A stretch of 64,000 nucleotides of DNA, taken from the NCBI GenBank assembly GCA_035530195.1, contig DATKVG010000217.1, positions 5,241 through 69,240 on the forward strand, given 5' to 3'. How positions within the stretch are numbered: position 1 is the first letter of the stretch; each line of letters opens with the position of its first letter. This document shows, in pieces, positions 44,053-55,019 of the stretch. The position numbers and the translations under genes are program-made. The notes under the pieces were generated by a model. It searched no databases. It had not been told where the DNA came from and saw nothing but the letters and a program-made list of their open reading frames with translations. This stretch comes from Candidatus Bathyarchaeia archaeon. Its GTDB lineage: Bacteria; Hydrogenedentota; Hydrogenedentia; Hydrogenedentales; SLHB01.

Positions 44053-46122
44053 ATGGCCAGGATCAAATGTCCAAAGTGCGATTTCATCAATGAAGAGGGC
44101 CGGCCAACGTGTTCCCGCTGCGGGAATACGCTGCCCCTCGTCAAAATCCAGGCTGTCGCGCCCCCACCCCCGCCCGAGCGCCGACACCCCGAGATGAACC
44201 AGATCCAGTTCCGCCGAGGGCAGGTGGTCGCCGGACGGTACACCGTCCTCAGCATGATCGGCCGCGGCGGCATGGGGTGCATCTACCACGTCCGCGACAA
44301 CGCCCTCCACGAGGAAGTCGCACTCAAAACCCTCCTGCCACAGTTCGTCCGCGACAAAATGGTCGTCGAACGGTTCTTCAACGAAGCCCGCATCGCCCGC
44401 GCACTCTCCCACCCAAACATCGTGCGCGTACATGACATCGGCGTCACCGGCGAAATCATCTACATCTCCATGGAGTTGGTTCGCGGCAAATCGTTGCGCA
44501 GCATGCTCGAAACTTCCGTTACCGAAGACTATATCCCCTTTAAACAGGCACTGAAGATCACCGACCAACTCTGCGCCGCGCTCGATTATGCCCACCGACA
44601 TACCATTCACCGCGACATCAAGCCCGAAAACGTCATGGTGTGCGACGACGGGACCGTCAAGCTCATGGACTTCGGCATCTCGAAGCTGATGGATTCCTCG
44701 CGGCTCACCGGCACCTCGATCATCATGGGCACCCCCATGTATATGTCCCCCGAGCAGTTGAGAAACAGCGCCAACGTCGACGCACGCGCCGACATCTACA
44801 GCATCGGCGTCATGCTCTACGAACTCCTCACCGGCAACCTCCCCACCAGCCTCTCAAAGCCGGCCTCGCAGATCACCCGCGGAATCCCCGCCGCGGTCGA
44901 TAACATTGTCGCAAAATGTGTCGAGCCCGATCCCGAAAAAAGGTTTCAATCCGCGGCCGACTTGCGGGCCGCACTCGAACAGTTCGTCACCGACGGCAAA
45001 CCCGCACGGACACACAGAACACGCAACGGTACCATCCTCGATGAAGACGATGAGACCGCGGAGGGGGCGCCGTGGGGGCGCCGCATCGTCGGCGGGTTGC
45101 TCATCGCCGTGATCGCCGGCCTCACCGCGGCGGGCTTTTATACGCTCGAAGTGGCGCGCCGCGCTCAAATCGAAAATGCCCTGGCGGCGACAGCCGGGCC
45201 GCAAATGGAGCTAGAGCCGGGCCAGGTTTTCAAACGGTTGGCGGAACTTCGCGGGCGCCTGCGCAACCTGCTCGCCGAGGTCGCCGCCAACGACGACTTT
45301 GCCGCTAAAGTGCTGGCCGGCGCCGACGCGGCCTGGGAAAAGGCCGCGGCTGCCGCCGCCCAGGACCCCGCCGCCGCCATGGAACCCGCGCAGGTGGCGC
45401 TGCAGGCCTATCTGGGCCCGCTGACGGCCCCGCAGGGAATGGTGTTCGTGCCGCCGGGAAACACCTTCATCGCCGGCACGCCCGTCTCGGTCAAAGGCTT
45501 TTTCATCGATGCCACCGAGGTCACTGTCGCCGATTACCTGCTGTTCTGCATATCCAAGAACTGGATCCCACCATACGATGGTCTGGCCGCGGCGCCACAA
45601 GACATCCCGGTGTCCGGCGTCACCTTCTACGATGCCCTCGCCTATGCCGCGTGGAAAAAGAAATCCCTGCCAACCGAGCCGCAGTGGGCCCGCGCCGCCT
45701 ATGGCGACACCAGCCTATTCTATCCGTGGGAAGGCGGCGCGTGGCAAGACGGGGCCGCAAATACACTCGGTGGCGATGACGGCCAGGAATACGCCGCGCC
45801 GGTGAAATCGTTCCAAACCGACAGGAGCTGGGTCGGTTGCTACGACATGGTCGGCAACGTCGCCGAATGGACCCGGTCGATGTACTCGGAAGCGCCGTAC
45901 GACCCCGCTGACGGGCGCGAAGACTTGGCCGCCATTACGTTTGGCTCGCTGCTCACGATCCGCGGGGGTTCGTTCATGGGCAAGGAAATGACCTTGCAGA
46001 CGCGCGTTCCTTACGCCTACGAAGGCGCGTGGGGAAACCTCGGATTCCGCTGCGTCACCGAAATGCCCAACAGCATCGAAGGCCTGCGCACCCTCGCCGA
46101 AAAAATCCTCACAGGCCGATAG
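44053..46122 (+). CDS. Ser/Thr protein kinase with an N-terminal zinc ribbon, one TM helix and an extracytoplasmic FGE-sulfatase (SUMF1-like) domain
   Basis: CPKCDF..CSRCG; GRGGMGCIY..VALK; HRDIKPENV; DFG; SPE; TM IVGGLLIAVIAGLTAAGFY; and GMVFVPPG..FFIDATEVTVADY..RGGSF. Confidence 0.85.
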   Translation: MARIKCPKCDFINEEGRPTCSRCGNTLPLVKIQAVAPPPPPERRHPEMNQIQFRRGQVVAGRYTVLSMIGRGGMGCIYHVRDNALHEEVALKTLLPQFVRDKMVVERFFNEARIARALSHPNIVRVHDIGVTGEIIYISMELVRGKSLRSMLETSVTEDYIPFKQALKITDQLCAALDYAHRHTIHRDIKPENVMVCDDGTVKLMDFGISKLMDSSRLTGTSIIMGTPMYMSPEQLRNSANVDARADIYSIGVMLYELLTGNLPTSLSKPASQITRGIPAAVDNIVAKCVEPDPEKRFQSAADLRAALEQFVTDGKPARTHRTRNGTILDEDDETAEGAPWGRRIVGGLLIAVIAGLTAAGFYTLEVARRAQIENALAATAGPQMELEPGQVFKRLAELRGRLRNLLAEVAANDDFAAKVLAGADAAWEKAAAAAAQDPAAAMEPAQVALQAYLGPLTAPQGMVFVPPGNTFIAGTPVSVKGFFIDATEVTVADYLLFCISKNWIPPYDGLAAAPQDIPVSGVTFYDALAYAAWKKKSLPTEPQWARAAYGDTSLFYPWEGGAWQDGAANTLGGDDGQEYAAPVKSFQTDRSWVGCYDMVGNVAEWTRSMYSEAPYDPADGREDLAAITFGSLLTIRGGSFMGKEMTLQTRVPYAYEGAWGNLGFRCVTEMPNSIEGLRTLAEKILTGR

Positions 46123-46133
46123 ATTCCCATCGT

Positions 46134-46847
46134 CTACGCCAACAGGCCCGGCAGAATCTCCAAGAACTCCTGCCAATTACTAAACACGTAATCCGCCCGC
46201 GTATCGTTTGCATGGGCGGCGTTTGCCGCCGTAAACAACGCGGCCTTCGCGCCAACCCCTTGCGCACCCGACACGTCCGTGTACTCGAGGTCGCCGATAT
46301 GCAGCAACTCGTCCGGCTTCACGCCCAACGTCCCGGCCGTCGCCTCAAACATCGCCGCATGCGGTTTCGACACGCCCACGCGATCCGAAAACGTGATCGC
46401 CGTGAAATGCTCCGTGAACCCGTGCCGGTCCAGGATGTACTCGAGCGACGAGCCGGGGCTCACGCCCGTGTCCGAGATCAATCCTATCGGCACGACGGCC
46501 GCCGCCGCTTTGACAGCTTCAATCGCGCCCTCGATCGGCACCGGGCTGTAGACGATGACAGCCGTTGCAAACACTTTTTCCAGCGCCTCCGCCACGGGCG
46601 CCTCGATTTCGCGCCCCAGCGCCTCGCCCACCATGCGCACCGCGTCGCCCGGCCCGGACGTCCGCTGCTCTTCCCGATGGCGTCGGCCGAATTCGGCCCA
46701 CACCGTCTTCAGCGCGTCCGCGGCTTCCTCTTCGCTCACCTCGCACATCTTGGACACCGCGCTGATCCGAATTTCCTGCCGAGCGGCGCTGTTGGCCTCG
46801 CGGAACAGGGTGTTCCAGAAATCAAACGTGACCGCCCGGATGGACAT
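46134..46847 (-). CDS. HAD-superfamily hydrolase (subfamily IA-like)
   Basis: VTFDFWNTLF (motif I variant), SDT (motif II) and GDLEYTDV (motif IV-like). Confidence 0.6.
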   Translation of the reverse strand: MSIRAVTFDFWNTLFREANSAARQEIRISAVSKMCEVSEEEAADALKTVWAEFGRRHREEQRTSGPGDAVRMVGEALGREIEAPVAEALEKVFATAVIVYSPVPIEGAIEAVKAAAAVVPIGLISDTGVSPGSSLEYILDRHGFTEHFTAITFSDRVGVSKPHAAMFEATAGTLGVKPDELLHIGDLEYTDVSGAQGVGAKAALFTAANAAHANDTRADYVFSNWQEFLEILPGLLA

Positions 46848-47090
46848 AACTCTCCCCTGGCCTACCCGGCCACGCCCGTGTAACGCCTTTTATACAATGC
46901 TCCTTACTGCGTCCTACTCAGCCCGTTATGGTAACACGAGGGCCCGGCTTCGGTCGAACATGCCCTCGGAATCAGGCGCGGTGTGGCGCGTGTTACAAAA
47001 CCGGTGTCTGCGGCGCGACGTATCACCATCGTCATCATCCAAATCGCCGTCCTATAACCCTCCGGTACCGGTTGACACGACCTGACCGCT

Positions 47091-47936
47091 ATGATAAAAC
47101 GTCTACCGAAAACAGCCTCATCCACGCCACGGGGGTTCCGCATGACTGAAGACTCGCAACAGCTTAATGAGACCGCTGTGCCCGCCGCATCTGATGAAGC
47201 CGCGCCGGACACGCCTCCCGCAATGCCTGCAGTAGTCCGAGACGGGCCGGGGGGTTGGGCGCTGATGGTGGCGGTCCTCCTGAACTGGGCCGCGATACTT
47301 GCCGTCACGTTTCTGGTCTTGCATTTGTCAGGCGGCACGATCGAGCAGGCCGGCGAAATGAGCTCCCTGAACGTACTCGTCATTTCGCTGCTGAGCACGC
47401 TCATCACGTTCTCAATTGTCTGGTATTTTGCATGCCGCCGGTACGGCAAATCCCTGAGGGACGGATTGCTGTTGAAAGGCGCGGAACGGAAGACGCTCAA
47501 GAAATGGGCATACATTTCAATATTCGCGGGGTGCATGGCCGCCGCCGCCTTGGCTCTCGCCGGTGAAGAAGAGGGTTTTCTGCTCGATCTTGTCAAGCAG
47601 CCCGGCGGTTTGGCCGCTTTGATCCTGATGGCGATTCTGCTCCCGCCGTTCGAAGAGGCCTACTACCGCGGCCTGATCCAGCCTGTCCTTACGCGCAAAA
47701 TAGGCGCAGTCGCGGTGCCGTTGACGGCCCTCTGGTTCACATCCGCGCACCTCGCCCAACTCTGGGGCAATTGGCCCGGGGTGGCCGTCATCGCCACGAT
47801 GGCACTCCTCTGGTCGCTACTACGGCGCCGGTACAACTCGCTGTTGCCCTCGATCGTCTCGCACTGGTGCTACAACACCACGCTCGTCGTCATCACGGTT
47901 GGCCAGGTGCTGGTTGCGTCCATCGGCGGGGCTTGA
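47091..47936 (+). CDS. CPBP (CAAX) family intramembrane glutamic endopeptidase
   Basis: EEAYYRG, FTSAH and HWCYN motifs in order within a polytopic protein. The start may be MTEDSQQ (47143). Confidence 0.75.
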   Translation: MIKRLPKTASSTPRGFRMTEDSQQLNETAVPAASDEAAPDTPPAMPAVVRDGPGGWALMVAVLLNWAAILAVTFLVLHLSGGTIEQAGEMSSLNVLVISLLSTLITFSIVWYFACRRYGKSLRDGLLLKGAERKTLKKWAYISIFAGCMAAAALALAGEEEGFLLDLVKQPGGLAALILMAILLPPFEEAYYRGLIQPVLTRKIGAVAVPLTALWFTSAHLAQLWGNWPGVAVIATMALLWSLLRRRYNSLLPSIVSHWCYNTTLVVITVGQVLVASIGGA

Positions 47937-47945
47937 TCCCTTGCC

Positions 47946-48491
47946 CTATCTCTTGTACCGGCCCATCAGTTGCGTTTCCGCCAGGATGTGGCCTTCCATC
48001 GCCTTGACGAGGTCCGCCTTTTTTGCGCCCGGCTGCACGTCAAGCTCCGCATCCAGCGCGTACAGCTTGAAATAATACCGGTGGTCCGAGCCTTTCGGGG
48101 GCATCGGCCCGCCATAGCCGGTCCTGTTGAAGTTAGTGGTGCCCTGTTTCATGCCGTCCACCGTCTTCGACGTCGGCACCCCTTCCGGCAACTCGCGCAC
48201 GTCCGGCTTGATTCCCCATGCCACCCAATGCACCCACGTGCCCATCGGCGCGTCGGGATCGTCCGCGATCAGGGCAAAACTCTTCGTACCCTCCGGCGGG
48301 TCCGTCCATTTCAGCGGCGGCGACACGTCTTTCCCCTCGCCCGTGTATTTCGCAGGAATATACTCCCTCTCCTTGAATGCCGTGCTGGTCATCTTGAATT
48401 GCATGTCTTTTCCTCCTTTTTCTGCACTGTTTGCCCACCCCATCGCAACAACCACCATGCTCCCGGCCAACAAAACCGCCCAGTGTTTCAT
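47946..48491 (-). CDS. YbhB/YbcL (PEBP/Raf-kinase-inhibitor-like) family protein, exported
   Basis: A signal peptide, DDPDAP, WVHW and GYGGPMPPKGSDHRYYFKLYALD. Confidence 0.8.
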   Translation of the reverse strand: MKHWAVLLAGSMVVVAMGWANSAEKGGKDMQFKMTSTAFKEREYIPAKYTGEGKDVSPPLKWTDPPEGTKSFALIADDPDAPMGTWVHWVAWGIKPDVRELPEGVPTSKTVDGMKQGTTNFNRTGYGGPMPPKGSDHRYYFKLYALDAELDVQPGAKKADLVKAMEGHILAETQLMGRYKR

Positions 48492-48614
48492 TTCCCGCCC
48501 TCCCTCTCGGTATCACCACCATTAAACTAAGACATCGGTTGGACCCGGATCAAATCCCCCCAACGGCGCGTTTCCAACTGGCATTGCCCGCGCGCAATCC
48601 TTTATTGTTCCCGC

Positions 48615-49733
48615 ATGACGTTCCGCGAAACCAATCTGAGCGTATTCCGCCGCGAGCCATACTTCGGCGTGTTGTGGCAGCCGCGAATCGAGCACTGGTA
48701 CCACACCAACCGCGACGCCGGAACACTCCCCGAACGCTACCGCGGGATGACGATGCTCGAGGTGTTCGACGACCTCGGCTGCAGCGCGCGCCCGTACTGG
48801 GCCTTCAACGAGTGTTTCCATTACGACCCGCCGGAGGACCTGCGCCGCGAGGAGCACCGCGATGGCGACAAGACCACGGTGATCGACCACACGCCCGCAG
48901 GCGATCTCGTGACCGTCCTACAGCAGACGTCGGTCGCGTCGCACACACTCAAGTACCCCGTTGAGACGCCCGAAAACTTCCGCGCCATCGAGTGGGTCCT
49001 CAAGCACAAACGGGTCTGGTTCGACCCTCAAGCCTACGCCAGGGCATGCAACGAAATCGGCGACAGAGGCGCGCCCGCCATTTTCATACCGCGCATCAAC
49101 ATCATGCGCATCATGATCGAGTTTATGGGCTTCGAAAACGGAACCACCGCCCTGTACCTTTATCCCGCCGAAATGGATCGCCTGATCGACGCCATCAACG
49201 AGAGCGACGACGCCGTCCTCGAGACCATCGCAAAATCCCCCGTCGAGATCGTCAACTTCGGCGACAACGTCCACCAGGCTCTGTGCGCGCCGCCCATTTT
49301 CGAGAAGTACGTCCTGCCCGAATATGTCCGCCGAAACAAGCGGCTGCACGACGCCGGCAAAAAAACCTACCCACACTGGGACGGCGACTGCCGGCAATTG
49401 CTGCCATACGCGCGCGACTGCGGGTTCGACGGCATCGAAGCCATCACGCCGGTCCCGCAGGGAGATGTGACGCTCGAAGAGGTGCGCGACGCGTTGAACG
49501 GCCTCATCCTCCTCGACGGAATACCCTGCACCGACTTCTTGGCCACGGAACCAATCGAGAGCCTGGTGGAAAACACCTGTAAATGCGTCGAGTACTTCTG
49601 GCCGAACCTTATTCTCGGGATCAGCGACGAGATCTCGCCGGTGGGCGATATCGAGCGGGTGAGGCTGGTGAGCGAAATCTGCGCCGGCGAATGCCGCGGC
49701 TACTGCCGGCAAAGCGAAGGAGCCAAATCGTGA
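48615..49733 (+). CDS. uroporphyrinogen-decarboxylase-like (URO-D/MtaA-type TIM barrel) family protein
   Basis: The call rests on length and general resemblance (..VNFGDNV...P.FEKYVLP.Y..............HWDGD......A...GFDGIEAITP). No catalytic motif was verified. Confidence 0.4.
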   Translation: MTFRETNLSVFRREPYFGVLWQPRIEHWYHTNRDAGTLPERYRGMTMLEVFDDLGCSARPYWAFNECFHYDPPEDLRREEHRDGDKTTVIDHTPAGDLVTVLQQTSVASHTLKYPVETPENFRAIEWVLKHKRVWFDPQAYARACNEIGDRGAPAIFIPRINIMRIMIEFMGFENGTTALYLYPAEMDRLIDAINESDDAVLETIAKSPVEIVNFGDNVHQALCAPPIFEKYVLPEYVRRNKRLHDAGKKTYPHWDGDCRQLLPYARDCGFDGIEAITPVPQGDVTLEEVRDALNGLILLDGIPCTDFLATEPIESLVENTCKCVEYFWPNLILGISDEISPVGDIERVRLVSEICAGECRGYCRQSEGAKS

Positions 49734-50581
49734 GCGTTGCGGAAAAAAGCGCCGGGAAATTCCCGGCGGCGCATTACGTGCCGCAGACAGTCAAGCTGGG
49801 AAACGTCACCGTCACGCGCTTCATCATCGGCGGCAACCCGTTCGGCGGGTTTTCCCACCAAACCCTCAAACGCGACACCGAAATGATCGACTGGTACACG
49901 ATGGACCGCGTCAAGCAGGCATACAAACTCGCCGAGAAGGCCGGCGTCACCACCCACCTCGGCCGTGCCGACGACTTCATCATCCGCGCACTCCGCGAAT
50001 ACTGGAATGACGGCGGCCGCATCAAATGGATCGCCCAAACCTGCCCCGGCGTCGGAACCCTCATGCAGGGTGTCGAAAACGCAATCCGCGGCAAAGCCAA
50101 ATGCTGTTTCCTCCACGGCGGCGAGATGGACCACCGCGTCATGACGCGCCAGACTCGCGGAATCGCAGACGCAATCGCCGCCATCAAAGACGCCGGAATG
50201 GTCGCAGGGGTCGCCGGACACCGGATCGAAAGCATCCGGTGGGCCGCCGACAAGCTCGACCTGGATTTCTTCATGACGTGCTATTACAACCCCAGCGACC
50301 GAACCCATCAGCCCCTCAGAAACATGGCCGTCCGCGAACGGTACCTGCGCCGCGACCGCGAGGCCATGTGCGCCCTCATCCGGCAACTCCCCGCACCAGC
50401 CATCCACTACAAAGTACTCGCCGCAGGACGCTACGACCCGCGCAACGCATTCGAGTACGTCGCCCAAGTCTACCGCCCCGGCGACGCCGTCTGCATCGGC
50501 ATCTTCACAAAAGACAACTTCAACATGATCCAGGAAGACGTCGACCTCCTCGAAGCCGCCCTGCGCAAAATGGGAAAGTAG
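49730..50581 (+). CDS. hypothetical protein translationally coupled to the URO-D-like gene
   Basis: GTG 49730 overlaps the upstream TGA (GTGA). The product has good coding character, but I cannot recognise a family. Confidence 0.5.
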   Translation: MSVAEKSAGKFPAAHYVPQTVKLGNVTVTRFIIGGNPFGGFSHQTLKRDTEMIDWYTMDRVKQAYKLAEKAGVTTHLGRADDFIIRALREYWNDGGRIKWIAQTCPGVGTLMQGVENAIRGKAKCCFLHGGEMDHRVMTRQTRGIADAIAAIKDAGMVAGVAGHRIESIRWAADKLDLDFFMTCYYNPSDRTHQPLRNMAVRERYLRRDREAMCALIRQLPAPAIHYKVLAAGRYDPRNAFEYVAQVYRPGDAVCIGIFTKDNFNMIQEDVDLLEAALRKMGK

Positions 50582-51763
<1,182 letters not shown>

Positions 51764-51831
51764 ATTGCTGAACGGTTCGCAATCTCCGGCCGAATAAACG
51801 TTTTTCGAATCGATTAGGAGGAAACGGGACA

Positions 51832-52167
51832 GTGTGGGACGTTGTGTTGGCCCAGGCGCAGGAAGGCGCGGAGCCGGCTCCACAGCCGCCGATGGGCGGT
51901 TTGGGCGGCTTTTTGCCGATGATCCTCATCTTTTTTGCGATCATGTACTTTCTGATGATCCGCCCAAATCAGAAGCGGGAGCGGGAGCGGCGTCAGATGC
52001 TGGCGGCGCTGGCAAAGGGGGACAAGGTGGTGACGACGGGGGGTATTTCCGGAACGGTGGTCGGCTTGAGCGAACGATCGGTCGTTGTTCGTGTCGACGA
52101 CAACGTTAATATCGAGTTCCTGCGCGGGGCGATCTCCCAGGTAACCTCGCACGAGAAAGAAGAATAA
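51832..52167 (+). CDS. yajC: preprotein translocase subunit YajC
   Basis: MILIFFAIMYFLMIRPNQKR......L.KGD.VVT.GGI.G.V. Confidence 0.85.
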   Translation: MWDVVLAQAQEGAEPAPQPPMGGLGGFLPMILIFFAIMYFLMIRPNQKRERERRQMLAALAKGDKVVTTGGISGTVVGLSERSVVVRVDDNVNIEFLRGAISQVTSHEKEE

Positions 52168-52214
52168 ACGGTTCAAGCCAGGCATTATCCGGCGCAGCAT
52201 TTCTGGAGTCGTCA

Positions 52215-54872
52215 ATGAAAAACAACCTGTATAGAACTCTTCTGATTGTACTGGTGCTTATTTTCACGGGCATTTACATTTACCCGACGGCAGGCTGGAT
52301 GCTGCTTTCGGACCAGGCCCGGCAGGAGCGGGTCGCGAAATGGAAAGCGGAAGATTCGGTGTATCACCCGCCGAACTTTTGGCGCGACGTCAGCCAGGGC
52401 GTTCGCAGGTGGGCCGAGTTTGACGTCAACCAGGTGGTGACGCTGGGGTTGGACCTGCAGGGCGGCGTGCATATGGTGCTGGGGTTCGAACTGACCGACG
52501 AGCAAAAGGAAAAAGGGTTCAACGAAGCGGCTATCCAGGAACTGCTGCTGCAGAAGATCCGGAGAAGGATCGCGGAGTTTGAAGCCAAAGACCCGATCAT
52601 CCAAGCGTTAGGCGCCAACCAGATCCAGATCCAGTTGCCGGGCGAAAAAGATATCGACCGGGCCACGCGCCTGATCAAACAGACCGCCCTGCTGACGTTC
52701 CATATCGCGTCCGGCACGGAGGAAACGACGCGCGTCATCAACACGATCCGGTCGGACAAGCGGTTTGAGAACCGGTTCACGCCGTTCCTGATGAAGCCGC
52801 GGGTCCCGGGCATTTTCCGGATCCCAGTCGACAAGATTGTACAAGTCCGTGGCGTGGTCGAAGAGATCAACGCGTCCCAAGGGCTGCTGCCGGAAGCCAA
52901 AAAATTCTTTATCAGCCAGCCGCCCAATCCGTGGGACGACCAGGAGTACGAACTCTACCTGCTTGACGCCGAGCCTCAAATGACCGGCGAAGGGCTGACC
53001 GGGGCGATGTTCGCCGAGAACAACGACCGGCCCGGCTACTACATGATCCACTTCCAATTCGGGGCGGACGCGGCAAGCCGGTTCGGCGAAGTGACCGGTA
53101 ACAACATCGGCCGTGCGCTGGCAATCGTGCTGGACGGCGTGGTGGTGTCGGCCCCGACGATCGAGAGCCGGATCACGCGGCAAGGGCAGATTACGGGCAA
53201 TTTCAGTTTCGAGCAGGCCAAAGACCTGACGATCGCTCTGAACTCGGGGTCGATGCCGGTTCCGGTGCGCGAGGAATACATGGGCGTGGTCGGGGCAAGC
53301 CTGGGTACGGACTCGATCCGGAAGGGCCTGTATTCGTCGGTGTTTGCGCTGGCGTCGGTGATGATTCTCATGCTGGTTTACTACCGGTTCGGGGGTTTGG
53401 TGGCGAATGTCGCGCTGCTGCTGAACGGGTTGATCATGCTGGCGGCATTCGCGTATTTCCGGCTGACGCTGACGTTGCCCGGCATCGCGGGTTTCGTGCT
53501 GACGCTGGGCATGGCGGTGGACGCGAACGTGCTCATTTTCGAGCGGGTGCGCGAGGAGGTCAGAAACGGTAAGTCGCTGATATCGGCCATCGAGCTGGGG
53601 TACAAACGGGCGACCGTGACCATCCTTGACGCCAACATCACCACGCTGATCGCGGCGCTGGTGCTGCTGCAGTTCGGCACGGGCCCGGTGCAGGGATTCG
53701 GCGTGGCGTTGGCCATAGGTATTTTCACCAGCGTGTTCACGGCGCTCGTGGTCACCAAGGCCATCTTCGACTTCATGGTGAGCCACAAGCGGCTCAGCAA
53801 GCTGACGATGATGAGCCTGATCAAACCCGACACGAAGATCCCGTTCATCGAATGGCGTAACAAAGCGTTCATCGTTAGCGGTATTCTGATCCTGGCGGGG
53901 ATCGCGATATTCTTCGGGCGCGGTTACGAGAAAAACTTCGGCGTCGACTTCGCCAGCGGCTCGAGCATGGTGGTCCGGTTGGACACCGAGCAGCCGGTGA
54001 AAATAGGCGACGTCCGCCGGCAACTGACAAGCGGCGGGTTCCCCGATGCCATCGTCCAGGAGTTCGGCGAAGGCGCGACACTCGCCAAAAACCAGTTCAC
54101 CATCCGCACCACACAAATGCTCGATACGGAGGAACAGGCGGTTGAACCCGCATTCGGGAACCCCCCGGCAGAAGGCTCGGTGCGCAGCCGGCTTAAGGCC
54201 GCGTTGCGCCCGCTCACGGGCGAGCTCACCGGTCGGGAAAAGGTCGTGATTGAACGCGCCGAAGTGGTCGGCCCGGCCATCGGCAGCCAGTTGCGCAACG
54301 ACGCCATCAAGGCGGTCTTGTATTCGTTCCTGTTCATGATCGCGTACATGTGGTTCCGGTACAACCTGGTGTTCGGCGTGACGGCCGTGATAGCGCTGGC
54401 CCACGACACCCTGATCTGCACGGGCCTTCTGGCCCTGTATGGCGGCCACATCGACATGACGGTGGTTGCGGCGGTGCTGACGATCGTCGGTTATTCGGTC
54501 AACGACACGGTCGTTATCTTCGACCGGATCCGGGAAGACATGCGCGTGTACAGCGGCCGTGGCTGGTCGTATATGCAGATCATGAACCAGGCCATCAACC
54601 AGACGCTCGGCCGGACAATTCTGACGTCAGGCTTGACCTTCACGGCGGTGCTCATGCTGTTCCTGTTCGGCGGTCAGGTGCTTCACGACTTCGCGTTCTA
54701 CCTGATGGTGGGCATCCTCATCGGCACCTACTCCAGTACCTTCGTCGCGAGCGCGCTGGCCTATATGTGGCAGACCTGGTGGAAAAAGCGCCAGACGGCC
54801 ACAAACACCTCGAAGGCCAAGTCCGGCCCGAGCCGGCGCACCGGCGGCAAGGAGAAAGAAGCCGCCGTCTAA
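52215..54872 (+). CDS. secDF: protein translocase subunit SecDF (fused)
   Basis: 885 aa. A SecD periplasmic domain plus two 6-TM RND-like blocks (GLVANVALLLNG.., AVDANVLIFERVREE, VNDTVVIFDRIRE). Confidence 0.9.
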   Translation: MKNNLYRTLLIVLVLIFTGIYIYPTAGWMLLSDQARQERVAKWKAEDSVYHPPNFWRDVSQGVRRWAEFDVNQVVTLGLDLQGGVHMVLGFELTDEQKEKGFNEAAIQELLLQKIRRRIAEFEAKDPIIQALGANQIQIQLPGEKDIDRATRLIKQTALLTFHIASGTEETTRVINTIRSDKRFENRFTPFLMKPRVPGIFRIPVDKIVQVRGVVEEINASQGLLPEAKKFFISQPPNPWDDQEYELYLLDAEPQMTGEGLTGAMFAENNDRPGYYMIHFQFGADAASRFGEVTGNNIGRALAIVLDGVVVSAPTIESRITRQGQITGNFSFEQAKDLTIALNSGSMPVPVREEYMGVVGASLGTDSIRKGLYSSVFALASVMILMLVYYRFGGLVANVALLLNGLIMLAAFAYFRLTLTLPGIAGFVLTLGMAVDANVLIFERVREEVRNGKSLISAIELGYKRATVTILDANITTLIAALVLLQFGTGPVQGFGVALAIGIFTSVFTALVVTKAIFDFMVSHKRLSKLTMMSLIKPDTKIPFIEWRNKAFIVSGILILAGIAIFFGRGYEKNFGVDFASGSSMVVRLDTEQPVKIGDVRRQLTSGGFPDAIVQEFGEGATLAKNQFTIRTTQMLDTEEQAVEPAFGNPPAEGSVRSRLKAALRPLTGELTGREKVVIERAEVVGPAIGSQLRNDAIKAVLYSFLFMIAYMWFRYNLVFGVTAVIALAHDTLICTGLLALYGGHIDMTVVAAVLTIVGYSVNDTVVIFDRIREDMRVYSGRGWSYMQIMNQAINQTLGRTILTSGLTFTAVLMLFLFGGQVLHDFAFYLMVGILIGTYSSTFVASALAYMWQTWWKKRQTATNTSKAKSGPSRRTGGKEKEAAV

Positions 54873-54886
54873 AGAGAAGAAGTCAG

Positions 54887-54926
54887 AATTCAGGAGTCAG
54901 AATATTCTGACTCCTGAATTTTTTTG
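54887..54926 (+). terminator. rho-independent terminator of the tgt-yajC-secDF unit
   Basis: A perfect 17+17 nt palindrome (aattcaggagtcagaat / attctgactcctgaatt) immediately followed by ttttttt. Confidence 0.85.
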
Positions 54927-55019
54927 CTCCTGACTCCTGAACTCTTTGGATACAACAACCGCCTGCGCTACAATGGGCGCGGCGCGCAAGTGCGCGCCAT
55001 TCAGCATACGGTGCCCATC

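Noticed and set aside
47073-47100. TTGACA ... TATGAT as the promoter of the CPBP gene
   Set aside because: The spacer between the hexamers is only 12 nt, incompatible with a sigma70-type promoter.
46904-47596. 230 aa minus-strand ORF overlapping the CPBP protease gene
   Set aside because: The plus-strand frame carries the three ordered CPBP motifs and TM periodicity. The minus-strand product is Ser/Ala/Arg-rich without features.
52608-54449. 613 aa ORF antisense to secDF. The same reasoning applies to 42029-43933 (antisense to asnB), 10605-11813 (antisense to fliQ/fliR), 49700-51097, 57273-58019, 62670-63788 and 38791-39657.
   Set aside because: All overlap strongly supported genes on the other strand and have shadow-ORF composition.
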